DNA from: a virus
Lineage: Duplodnaviria > Caudoviricetes
Virus record (IMG/VR): IMGVR_UViG_3300037423_001019
Coordinates: 1 to 44,899 of that record
DNA: 44,899 bases
Direction: 5' to 3' (one strand)
Below, one piece after another: positions 27,759-36,011 of the stretch. Position 1 is the stretch's first letter. Each line of letters opens with the position of its first letter. Below the pieces are notes generated by a model. It searched no databases and was not told where the DNA came from. It saw only the letters and a program-made list of their open reading frames with translations. Made by a program: the position numbers and the translations under genes.

Positions 27759-29141
27759 ATGTACCATTATGTAGAAGCCATCCAGGACATCAAGGGGAAC
27801 GCCTTGACCGGCTATTATGTCGGTCTGGTCGAGCCCGACGATGACGATATCAGCGGCGGCGCGGAAGCCCTGATTTACGCCGACGACGCGGGAACCCCGA
27901 TTGTTGCGGATTCCGGGATCGATAACCGCGCCAAGGTGGATCCTGACGGCAATGTCTCGCTGTACGTTCCGGCCGGCACCTATCATGTCGATATCTACGC
28001 GACGGACGGCGTCACCAAGATCAAGCGGCTGCTCAATATGCCGATGCTCTCGGGACAACCGGGAGAGGCGGCGTCAGTTGCGATCGGGACCGTCACCACG
28101 CTTTCGGCGGGCAGCTCGGCCACCGTCACCAATTCCGGGACCAGCCTTAACGCAATCCTCGATTTTGGTATTCCCAAGGGCGACACGGGTTCCGGCGTAG
28201 GTTTCGCGTGGGGCGCGGCGACCGGGACACTCTCTGACCAGACCGACCTCCAGGCCGCGCTGGATCTGAAGGCCAGTCTTGCCTCCCCCGCGCTGACCGG
28301 CACTCCTACCGCACCCACGGCCGCCTACGGCGACAACAGCACCAAGATCGCAACCACGGCCTTTGTCACGGCCAACGCTGCAACTCTAAGTTCGCCGGCA
28401 TTTAGCGGAACGCCAACGGGACCCACGGCCGCCGCGGATACGAACACGACCCAGCTTGCCACCACGGCGTTTGTGCTGGGGCAGGCATCAGCCGTATCGC
28501 CCTTGATGGACGGCACTGCGGCTATTGGAACCTCGCTCAGGTACGCCCGCGCCGATCACGTCCACGCTTCCGATACGACAAGGGCTCCGCTGGCGTCTCC
28601 GGGCTTCACCGGAACCCCCACGGCACCAACCGCAACGGCGGGGACCAACACCACTCAGATTGCGACCACCGCGTTCGTTCAGACGGCAATCGCCGGAGTG
28701 TCGGACCCGTGGGCTGTCGTCAAACTCACGTCGGATGGCACCACTTCGTCAAGCACCCTGGTAACGACCGGGCTTTCGGTAGCTGGCGCGTCCTTCCTCG
28801 GCAATCATTACTACGAGTTCGAGGCGCAGTTGAGCGCTAAGGATTCCGGCGGCGGCGGCTCCGTATCCTTCTCTGTCGCATTGGTCTGGCCGTCCGGCGT
28901 GACGGGCAGCGCGCGGCTTACTGCCGTTACGGGAACCTCGGTGTCCGCCAGCGGGGGCGACCATTCCGGGACAATCACGCTTTCCGGCATAAGTGCCACG
29001 AGCCTCGTCCCCATCACCATCCGCGGACAGTTCTACACCGGTTCGCTCGCGGCCACGGGCACACTCGATATTCAATACAAGGCTACAAGCACGACGGCCA
29101 CCATAAGCAAGGGTAGCGTGCTGCGCTACCGGGCTCTCTAA
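27759..29141 (+). CDS. Tail fibre protein
   Basis: Three SPxxxGTPTxPT..NxTxxATTAFV repeats; LDFGIPKGD. Confidence 0.8.
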   Translation: MYHYVEAIQDIKGNALTGYYVGLVEPDDDDISGGAEALIYADDAGTPIVADSGIDNRAKVDPDGNVSLYVPAGTYHVDIYATDGVTKIKRLLNMPMLSGQPGEAASVAIGTVTTLSAGSSATVTNSGTSLNAILDFGIPKGDTGSGVGFAWGAATGTLSDQTDLQAALDLKASLASPALTGTPTAPTAAYGDNSTKIATTAFVTANAATLSSPAFSGTPTGPTAAADTNTTQLATTAFVLGQASAVSPLMDGTAAIGTSLRYARADHVHASDTTRAPLASPGFTGTPTAPTATAGTNTTQIATTAFVQTAIAGVSDPWAVVKLTSDGTTSSSTLVTTGLSVAGASFLGNHYYEFEAQLSAKDSGGGGSVSFSVALVWPSGVTGSARLTAVTGTSVSASGGDHSGTITLSGISATSLVPITIRGQFYTGSLAATGTLDIQYKATSTTATISKGSVLRYRAL

Positions 29142-31238
29142 ATGACGATCAGCGTCAGGCACTCCAAAGTCTCCGGCGTTCAGGACAGCGGGGACGGAAA
29201 AGTTTCGTCCAACGCATGGAACGATGATCACAACCTTAGTTGTGCCTCCGGGGTTGTGCTGGGGCGGTCGTCGGTCGGAACCGGCCCGGTCGAGGAAATC
29301 CCGATCGCCTCATTGGGAGGGGGTTCGGGAACGATCAGCGCCGCCGACAGGATTGCTCTTGCCGACTCCCCCACGAACACTCCGATCATTCTGACGGAAG
29401 CTGGGCGAGAGGGGATATTCGTTTATTCGAGTGGCGACTTCTCGGACGAGGTGACGGCCGATCCCAATCAGGGGATTTACGTTGCGCCCTCCCTTGACGC
29501 GACCGGCGGTTCGGGAGCGTGGATTCGCAAGTTCGATGGTCCCGCTATTTCGCTGTGGTGGGGTGTTTCGACCGGAGCAACGGCGACGGCGAACGTCGCT
29601 GCGTTCCAGGCCGCGCTCGATACGCTCAAAGCCCTGCATGTCAGCTCGCTCGGCCACAGTGACGGATCGATCGGTCTTCACACTCCGGCTGGCGTTTACC
29701 AGTTTAACGCTTCGCTTACGGTCAACCACGGGCTCGTCATCAGCGGCGACTATACGGGCCAAGGGATCGACGGGACCGATTTCGTCTGGTCCGCCAATTG
29801 CCACGGCTTCAACCAGACAGCGTTCGGGATGGGCGCCACCTTCAAGGGGCTCATGCTCAAAGGCAATTACACTTCGTCCGATGGCACCTATCATGCGATC
29901 AACGCTGGGGCCAAGGGTCAATATATCGACCTCTACACCAAGAATTGGCCCGGCGTCGGCATCTATGGAGACGGGGTAAGCGGCAACTTCAACGGCTCCT
30001 ATTTCCAGAACATCTACGCCGAAGGCTGCCAGTGGACCGTGATGGTCGAGGGCTCCGACGCCAACGGCTGCAAGGGGTACGGCATCGATGCCCTGACCAA
30101 CCGGCGCGGCTGTATCTACGACAAGAGCTTTCTCGGCAATTATTGGTCGGGCGGACTGGTTGAGAGCTGCGGCAACATCTCGGGCTTTCTCTCCCGCTGC
30201 GAGAAGAACGGCCACATCTATGTCGTCGCCTACGGGCAGGAAACATGGTGCTCCACCAATTCGCCCTCCGGGACCACGGCCAGTAATACGGGCTGGCTTT
30301 ATCATTCCGAGGGTTCATCGGGCGCTACACAGCCAACGTGGACGACTGGGCTAACTTGGTATTGGTCCGCCGCGCTCGCCTCTCTCCCCGACAATAACAA
30401 TATGTGGAGCCGGTTTTCGGGCTTCTACATTGAGGGTAATTGCAACCCGATCGTTCTCAGCACGCATTCCATGTTCTTCGCTACCTTTCCGGGTGTGCCT
30501 GTGTGGACGAACCTAGGGGTCCTGCACAGCGGCACGATGACCTCGCAAGGTTCGACCTACATGAACTTTGCGAGCGGGATCAATGCCAACGGTAACATTA
30601 CCGCCACCGCTCAAGGGCCGTGGCCCGGAAGCATTACTGCGGCTGGCGCGATCGCTGCGGGAGCCACCATCACCGCCGCGGCGCAAATCTATTCGACCGG
30701 CGGAGGCTTCCGGGCCCAAGGCTCGCCCTATTCGGGGAGCTATAGCGGCGCAGGGTGCGAGTTCGGCTATTACGCTCCCTATGGGGGCTATCTGCAGGCG
30801 CGCACGCTGCCCGCCGACACAACCCTGCCGTTTAAGATCATCTGTTCCGCGTTCACCATTGCTCCGGGCGCAAGCGGCACACCTTCGGACGCCTTCAGCG
30901 TTAGCACAACCGGGTTTGGCTATCCCACCGGCGTTGGAGGGGCCGTCACTCAGGCTACTAGCAGAACGACCGGCGTAACGCTGAACAAGGTCTGCGGCGC
31001 GATTACCCTGGTATCCGCAGCCGGCTCAACATCGTGGCAATCGTTCACCGTCACCAACAGCACCGTCGCCGCCAACGATACGATCCGCGTCTGCCAGAAA
31101 TCCGGCACCGACAAATATCAGGCGCATGTTACAGCGGTCGCGGCGGGGTCGTTTGAGATCACCTATGCGACGACGGGCGGAACCACGACCGAACAGCCCG
31201 TGTTCAATTTCGCCGTGATCAAAGGCGCAGCATCCTAG
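29142..31238 (+). CDS. Tailspike / receptor-binding protein with beta-helix
   Basis: GSGAWIRKF..NVAAFQAALD..PAGVY; C-terminal AVTQATSRTTGVTLN domain. Confidence 0.8.
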   Translation: MTISVRHSKVSGVQDSGDGKVSSNAWNDDHNLSCASGVVLGRSSVGTGPVEEIPIASLGGGSGTISAADRIALADSPTNTPIILTEAGREGIFVYSSGDFSDEVTADPNQGIYVAPSLDATGGSGAWIRKFDGPAISLWWGVSTGATATANVAAFQAALDTLKALHVSSLGHSDGSIGLHTPAGVYQFNASLTVNHGLVISGDYTGQGIDGTDFVWSANCHGFNQTAFGMGATFKGLMLKGNYTSSDGTYHAINAGAKGQYIDLYTKNWPGVGIYGDGVSGNFNGSYFQNIYAEGCQWTVMVEGSDANGCKGYGIDALTNRRGCIYDKSFLGNYWSGGLVESCGNISGFLSRCEKNGHIYVVAYGQETWCSTNSPSGTTASNTGWLYHSEGSSGATQPTWTTGLTWYWSAALASLPDNNNMWSRFSGFYIEGNCNPIVLSTHSMFFATFPGVPVWTNLGVLHSGTMTSQGSTYMNFASGINANGNITATAQGPWPGSITAAGAIAAGATITAAAQIYSTGGGFRAQGSPYSGSYSGAGCEFGYYAPYGGYLQARTLPADTTLPFKIICSAFTIAPGASGTPSDAFSVSTTGFGYPTGVGGAVTQATSRTTGVTLNKVCGAITLVSAAGSTSWQSFTVTNSTVAANDTIRVCQKSGTDKYQAHVTAVAAGSFEITYATTGGTTTEQPVFNFAVIKGAAS

Positions 31239-32085
31239 CCTGTTCTTCGGTGCAAAGAAGGTTGTTCCAGCTTGCCCCGTGGATATGCTTCAAAGTGTCG
31301 GTCGGGACGATCTTTCGCCCCTCTTCGTCGATATTGAAGCGGAGGTAATCTGGGGCTAATTCCACGATCTCGCGGCCCTGTTTCAGGTGAAGGACTTCGA
31401 CCAGGATCGCCGGTTTGAAGCGGGCGATCGTCTCTTTCATTCCCCGGATGACCGCCGGTTCGTGGGTTTCGACGTCTAGTTTGACCAAATCCACGCGGGG
31501 CCACCCGCGTTCGGCGAGGAATCGGTCAATAGTGATCGTCTCGACGGAATAGGAGTGATCGTGCTGGCCGTGTGCCTCTTCCAGCGAGGCGGCGTAACCT
31601 AGTGGCGCGTCAACATCGAAGAAGGGGGCGGTGCCGCATTTGTCGGACGCGGCGAGTTCGGCCACATCAATCGAATAGCCGTTGAGGGCGATGTTGCCCC
31701 TCAGTCTCTTGGCAATCCGTTTGACAGGCTCGAAAGCGAAGACCGGGGCTGATGGATTCACCGCCCTCGCCATGAGCGCATAGGCTCCGGTGTTCGCGCC
31801 GATATCGAGAATGCCCGACGAGTGAGGGGCAAGGTCACACCATATGCGGGTGGACATTGCCTCCCAGCTCTCGCCCAGTCCGGCCCAGAACAGCTCGTTT
31901 TCGAGAACTTCGTGCCCGGCATTCATCCGAAACATCGGCTTGTCGTCCATGTAAACGGTGAACGGCCCGGCAAAATGAAGGTGCTGATAGACTGATTGCG
32001 GAAGGCCCAGCGGCCTCAGCATCTCGAAGATCGGCCGCTTTGCCGGAACTGCCGAATACGCGGCCTTGAGCGCCGATTTGAGCAT
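31219..32085 (-). CDS. FkbM-family SAM-dependent methyltransferase (moron)
   Basis: LDIGANTGAY; VFAFEP; VDLVKLDVETHEPAVIRG; PAILVEV. Confidence 0.9.
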   Translation of the reverse strand: MLKSALKAAYSAVPAKRPIFEMLRPLGLPQSVYQHLHFAGPFTVYMDDKPMFRMNAGHEVLENELFWAGLGESWEAMSTRIWCDLAPHSSGILDIGANTGAYALMARAVNPSAPVFAFEPVKRIAKRLRGNIALNGYSIDVAELAASDKCGTAPFFDVDAPLGYAASLEEAHGQHDHSYSVETITIDRFLAERGWPRVDLVKLDVETHEPAVIRGMKETIARFKPAILVEVLHLKQGREIVELAPDYLRFNIDEEGRKIVPTDTLKHIHGASWNNLLCTEEQARMLRL

Positions 32086-32123
32086 CCATTCTTCTTAGGA
32101 CGCAAGCCCATGAAAGCGCAACA

Positions 32124-32318
32124 GTGAACCCCGTCCATCTGATGTCGGAGCCGGCGAAACACGCGGTTGATGCGTTAGCCGTGGGAACGCTGATCGCCTC
32201 GCTATTGAGCTGGCTGCCGGGAATTACCGCGCTCATGGTTCTGGTGTGGACCGTGCTGCGGATATTCGAGTCCGTCCAGCAGATCAGGCTCAACAACCGG
32301 AAGCTGCGCGAGAAGTAG
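32124..32318 (+). CDS. Putative holin or small membrane protein
   Basis: Hydrophobic core with basic C-terminus; precedes the lysis region. Confidence 0.55.
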   Translation: MNPVHLMSEPAKHAVDALAVGTLIASLLSWLPGITALMVLVWTVLRIFESVQQIRLNNRKLREK

Positions 32319-32405
32319 TTTGGTTGCGGGCCGGAGATCGCCAGTGGCTCAGTGCGTTCCGGTCGCTTGAGATGCATCCCACTTCACGGCACCCGCAACC
32401 GATCC

Positions 32406-32460
32406 TTGCGTAGCCGTTATTATTGTGATAGTCAAGCGCTTGCTGGGAACTGTGCCCAGC
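32406..32460 (+). promoter_or_regulatory. Late promoter 2 with conserved downstream element
   Basis: TTGCGT-N17-TAGTCA-N7-GCTGGGAACTGTGCCCAGC. Confidence 0.6.
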
Positions 32461-32558
32461 GCCGGTTAGCTCAATCGGCAGCAGGCTTGTGGCGCGGACG
32501 ATCGTACGAACGCTGGAGGTGAGCACTCCCCCGGCCCGGACATCAAGCTGAACCAACG

Positions 32559-32591
32559 AAGGGTCGCCCTAACCGGCGGCCCTTTTTCTTT
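32559..32591 (+). terminator. Intrinsic terminator (tR'-like)
   Basis: AAGGGTCGCC-CTAACC-GGCGGCCCTT followed by TTTCTTT. Confidence 0.85.
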
Positions 32592-32606
32592 GGGGGGAAC
32601 TCCCAC

Positions 32607-32723
32607 ATGACCAAAGACGGCATCCGCGACCTCGTGTCGCGCAACCTTCGTCGCGCCTATAACTCAGTCCTCACTGAGCGCATCCCCGATGACATGAGGA
32701 GGCTGATCGAGGAGCTGCGGTAA
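32607..32723 (+). CDS. nepR: NepR-like anti-sigma factor, 38 aa
   Basis: MTKDGIRDLVSRNLRRAYNSVLTERIPDDMRRLIEELR fits the NepR core LRxxYxxxxxExxPDxxxxLxxxL; GGGGGAA RBS; TAATG coupling. Confidence 0.75.
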   Translation: MTKDGIRDLVSRNLRRAYNSVLTERIPDDMRRLIEELR

Positions 32724-33424
32724 TGGAGCCGCGGATACTGTTCGCGGACATCGAAACCAAGCTAGCGGAGGTTTATACCTTCGGCATCCGCGATCAGCAC
32801 ATCACGCATAAGCAGATCAAGACGCACGGCGGCATCTCCTGCGTCGGGATGAAGTGGTCCGACGAGCGCAAGGTCACGGTCCTGTCGGAATGGCAGCACG
32901 GCTACGGCGAGATGCTGCGCCTCACCCATAAGGCGCTGTGCGAATGCGATGCGGTCGCCACCTACAACGGGGCCTCGTTCGACATTCCCAAGCTCTCCGG
33001 GGCGTTCATGGTCGCGGGCCTCCCTCCGCTCCCGAAACTAACGCAGATCGACATCTACAAGGCCGTCCGCAAGATGGGCTTCATCTGCAACAAGCTGGAC
33101 TACATCGCACCGCTGCTGGGACTTGGCCAGAAGGTCAAGCATGAGGGCTTGGAGCTGTGGATCAAGGTTCTGAATGGCGATACGAAAGCGCAGGCGAAGA
33201 TGGCCCGCTATTGTGCCGGCGACGTTCGCCTTACCGAAGAGCTTTACAACAGGGTTCGCCCGTACATCGGCGACCACCCGCACATGGGCCGGGGAGACTG
33301 CCCCAACTGCGGAAGCGGCCACATGCAGCGCCGCGGATATCATAAGACCAGAGCGTTCAAGACCGAGCGGCTTCAGTGCCAGGAATGCGGCGGCTGGCGG
33401 CTCGGGAAGCGCTCGGCAGCGTAA
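32723..33424 (+). CDS. DEDD/DnaQ-like 3'-5' exonuclease (RNase_H_2-type) with C-terminal Zn ribbon
   Basis: ADIET; YNGASFD; YCAGDV; CPNCGS..CQECG. Confidence 0.85.
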   Translation: MEPRILFADIETKLAEVYTFGIRDQHITHKQIKTHGGISCVGMKWSDERKVTVLSEWQHGYGEMLRLTHKALCECDAVATYNGASFDIPKLSGAFMVAGLPPLPKLTQIDIYKAVRKMGFICNKLDYIAPLLGLGQKVKHEGLELWIKVLNGDTKAQAKMARYCAGDVRLTEELYNRVRPYIGDHPHMGRGDCPNCGSGHMQRRGYHKTRAFKTERLQCQECGGWRLGKRSAA

Positions 33425-33489
33425 GGCCCTCAGCATCTCTTGCTCGGAGTCACTGAGGGCCGCGCCAGTCATGACACGCTGACCCGAGC

Positions 33490-33518
33490 GAACATATACA
33501 GAACATCTGAGATGTAAA
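33490..33518 (-). promoter_or_regulatory. Alphaproteobacterial LexA box overlapping a leftward promoter
   Basis: GAAC-ATATACA-GAAC (33490-33504); TTTACA-N16-TATGTT on the minus strand. Confidence 0.65.
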
Positions 33519-33665
33519 GACCCGCGAGCTTTTCACGTCACCGAGCACGGGGCGGGGGAAGACCCAACCGCGCTTGACCTACTTCGCTCGCGGGCCACTA
33601 AACTAGGGGTGCGATCCCTCGCCCCCGGAAGCACCTCAACGCGCTCACATGCGGAGGGTTCCCAC

Positions 33666-34112
33666 ATGGCCAGAAAAATCAATGATCTCGGGCTCGCGCT
33701 CATCAAGAGCGCGGAGGGCCTTCGATTGGAGGCCTACCGCTGTCCCGCCGGCGTCCTCACGATCGGGTACGGAAGCACGGGCCCGCATGTGCGGGAGGGG
33801 ATGATTATCACCCCCGGCGAGGCTGAGCGCTTCCTGATGCTGGATCTCAAGCGTTTCGAGACGGGCGTGGAAGCCATGACCGACATGGTCCCGACCAACG
33901 ATAACCAGTTTTCGGCGATGGTCTGCCTGAGCTTCAACATCGGCCTGAACGCCTTCGCCACCTCCACCGTCCTGAAGAAGCACAAGAAGGGCGATTATGA
34001 GGGGGCTGGGAACGCCTTTTTGCTGTGGAATAAGGCTCGCGGGCAAGTCCTGAAGGGCCTCGTGAAGCGCCGTGAGGACGAGCGTTCGCTTTACCTCGGA
34101 GAGCTTGGGTGA
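33666..34112 (+). CDS. Endolysin, GH24 lysozyme
   Basis: AEGLRLEAYRCPAGVLTIGYGST; QFSAMVCLSFNIG; GLVKRREDE. Confidence 0.92.
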   Translation: MARKINDLGLALIKSAEGLRLEAYRCPAGVLTIGYGSTGPHVREGMIITPGEAERFLMLDLKRFETGVEAMTDMVPTNDNQFSAMVCLSFNIGLNAFATSTVLKKHKKGDYEGAGNAFLLWNKARGQVLKGLVKRREDERSLYLGELG

Positions 34113-34339
34113 AGCTGTTCGCCCGTGCTCAAAACGCGTTGCTGGAAGTCTGCCGCAAGTGGTGGCGGCCGTTCATGCTGTGGAGCGTCGGAATCGGCGG
34201 AGCGGTCAACCTGATCGTCATTCCGCTTAAGACCGGAAAGCCAATCGAGTTCGACAAGGCTGCGGCATGGGTCGCGGCGTGCGGCGCGCTGTCATGGGTG
34301 CGCGCGTGGGAAAAGGCCAAGGGCTCGGCCGAGAAGTAG
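34109..34339 (+). CDS. Putative holin (two TM segments)
   Basis: WRPF..two hydrophobic segments..RAWEKAKG. Confidence 0.6.
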   Translation: MKLFARAQNALLEVCRKWWRPFMLWSVGIGGAVNLIVIPLKTGKPIEFDKAAAWVAACGALSWVRAWEKAKGSAEK

Positions 34340-34361
34340 AGCCCCACCGGGGGAATGCCAC

Positions 34362-34940
34362 ATGGCCGTGTTCATCAAGGCGCTCGCACTGGCGGGCGTT
34401 GCGCCTCTGATTGTGTCCGCTTCGCCAGCTCCGCCCGAGACGTATCGCCAGATCGTCCATTACCCACTTGTCCACCAGGTTCTCTGTCTAGAGGGCAAAG
34501 GTACAGCCTTTCGCGTCGGACGCACCCGGTTTCTCTCGGTCGCCCATGTGACCACGATGCACGGCTGCACGATCGACGGGGCTCCCGTTATTGACAATAT
34601 CGAGGACCGCAAGAGCGACTCCTCGGAGGTTGATGTCCCGACGCCCAAGCTCGGCGGATTCAAGATCAACTGCAACGGCTTCAGACCGGGTGAATGGGTC
34701 TGGGCGGTTGGGTATGCTTATGGCTTGCCGATTCAGACGGGGATCGCGCTGTACCCGACCTATTTGAAAGCACCGGACGGCAAGCGAATCCTAATCGGTC
34801 CTTACAACGTGATCCCCGGAATGAGCGGGGGGCCGATCCTCAACAGCAACGGAGAAGTGGTGGGGCTCGTCAACGCCTATCTGCCGGGCACTCCGCTGAG
34901 CTTTTCCAGAGAATTGAAGGACACCGCGGCATGCGCATAA
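34362..34940 (+). CDS. Secreted trypsin-like serine protease
   Basis: Signal peptide; GTAF..SVAHV; PGMSGGPILNSNGEVVG. Confidence 0.85.
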   Translation: MAVFIKALALAGVAPLIVSASPAPPETYRQIVHYPLVHQVLCLEGKGTAFRVGRTRFLSVAHVTTMHGCTIDGAPVIDNIEDRKSDSSEVDVPTPKLGGFKINCNGFRPGEWVWAVGYAYGLPIQTGIALYPTYLKAPDGKRILIGPYNVIPGMSGGPILNSNGEVVGLVNAYLPGTPLSFSRELKDTAACA

Positions 34941-35029
34941 TCTTTCGCTCCGCAATAACGGGCCGCTTCGTCAAGCGCCTGTTTGCTCTGCTCAATCCGT
35001 TCTCGACCGTGAAAGAGCGGGTAAAATGA
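34931..35029 (+). CDS. Small basic peptide (MRIIFRSAITGRFVK...)
   Basis: Overlaps both neighbours; RSAxTGRFV motif. Confidence 0.5.
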   Translation: MRIIFRSAITGRFVKRLFALLNPFSTVKERVK

Positions 35030-35334
35030 TTGCTGGCGCGCTGTGGAAATACGGATGCCTCGGCGTGACGGCCCTGTGCCTCGCGCTCTCCGTCGCGCTG
35101 TGGCTGGAGAAGATCCACTCGGGCAAGCTCTCCGATCGCGTCACGGTCCTCACTGCCAAGCTCAGCGAAATCTCATCGAAGAAGAATGAGCAGCACTCGA
35201 CGACCAGCGGCAACATCAAGCACGCCGACGACGGCAGAAAGAAAGCCGAACAGGTCAAGGAGCGCATAATCAAAACGCCGAATCCGCCCAACTGCTCCAC
35301 CCCGGCACTAGACGAATTGCGGAACGAGCTATGA
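35026..35334 (+). CDS. Inner-membrane spanin (Rz-like)
   Basis: N-terminal TM, coiled coil, C-terminal Cys. Confidence 0.7.
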   Translation: MIAGALWKYGCLGVTALCLALSVALWLEKIHSGKLSDRVTVLTAKLSEISSKKNEQHSTTSGNIKHADDGRKKAEQVKERIIKTPNPPNCSTPALDELRNEL

Positions 35335-35567
35335 AGAAAAGCGTTGTTTTACTGGTGATTTTACTTGCCGGATGCGCGACTCCGCGGTATGTGACCATCT
35401 ATTGCGTTGGCAAGGATCAGCAGCCCCCGAAAGAGCCGGAACGGATCGGCGGAAAGCTCACGGGTCGCGCGCAAGACGATTTGAAGATCGTCGCCGGCTC
35501 AGCGATCGAGCTCCGCGCGTGGGGCCAGGGATTGAACCAGATCCTCGAAGGTTGCCGCGAGAAATAG
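35331..35567 (+). CDS. Outer-membrane spanin lipoprotein (Rz1-like)
   Basis: Lipobox LLAGC; Pro-containing mature region. Confidence 0.75.
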   Translation: MKKSVVLLVILLAGCATPRYVTIYCVGKDQQPPKEPERIGGKLTGRAQDDLKIVAGSAIELRAWGQGLNQILEGCREK

Positions 35568-35571
35568 CCGC

Positions 35572-35748
35572 CTATTCTCGATCATCTCTACCTGACTGAG
35601 TTTGGACGCGGTCCTTGCGCCAGCGGAACATGCTGCCGAGCCAACCGCCGCAGTACGAGCACCATTCCCATGTGCGCCCTGATCCGCTCGCGAACTCGCC
35701 GCTATGCGTGTGTCCGCGAATGAAGCAAACCCAAAAACGCCAGCTCAT
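35572..35748 (-). CDS. Small Cys/His protein, 58 aa
   Basis: CFIRGH..CSYC; ATGA coupling. Confidence 0.55.
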   Translation of the reverse strand: MSWRFWVCFIRGHTHSGEFASGSGRTWEWCSYCGGWLGSMFRWRKDRVQTQSGRDDRE

Positions 35749-35903
35749 CCCCCATCTCCATCACTTCGCTTACTGTGGGCTCGGGCGCACTCCTGATCGG
35801 CGCGCATGATCGCCACAAGAGTTTCTGGCGACCCACCAAGGAGACGGTGTAAACGCGCCAATCCTTGCATGTGCCGTATCCTCCGCTCAGCTGTGTCTGG
35901 CAT
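35745..35903 (-). CDS. Hypothetical 52 aa
   Basis: AGGAG-type RBS; ATGA coupling. Confidence 0.45.
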   Translation of the reverse strand: MPDTAERRIRHMQGLARLHRLLGGSPETLVAIMRADQECARAHSKRSDGDGG

Positions 35904-35929
35904 CCTCCTACTCCTTGTCAGGCATGTCT

Positions 35930-36011
35930 TGGGCGATTGCTTCGCACCGCGCTACTCGCCAGTGGAGCCTTGCTGCGCGTCTCCATCCTTCGGACGAGTA
36001 TCGCTATCGCG
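35930..36011 (-). repeat. Dispersed hairpin element, copy F
   Basis: GCG-A-TACTCG/CGAGTA-G-CGC stem; ends CGCCCA. Confidence 0.85.

Noticed and set aside
14520-30305. Long antisense ORFs (14520-15329, 15436-16230, 17364-18377, 23930-24886, 29310-30305)
   Set aside because: Shadows of GC-rich structural genes, with no RBS or recognisable motifs.
27759-31238. Diversity-generating retroelement or invertible tail cassette
   Set aside because: No reverse transcriptase or invertase, and no TR/VR pair noticed; the internal repeats are ordinary fibre repeats.
32319-32328. TGGTTGCGGG as attP matching a tRNA-fMet 3' end
   Set aside because: Only 10 bp, far from int, and part of a local inverted repeat; a better attP lies beside int.
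32460-32545. tRNA-like sequence (TAGCTCAATCGG..TTGTGGC..GGAGGTGAGCACTCC)
   Set aside because: No pairing anticodon stem, no TTC T-loop and no CCA; alternative hairpins explain it better.
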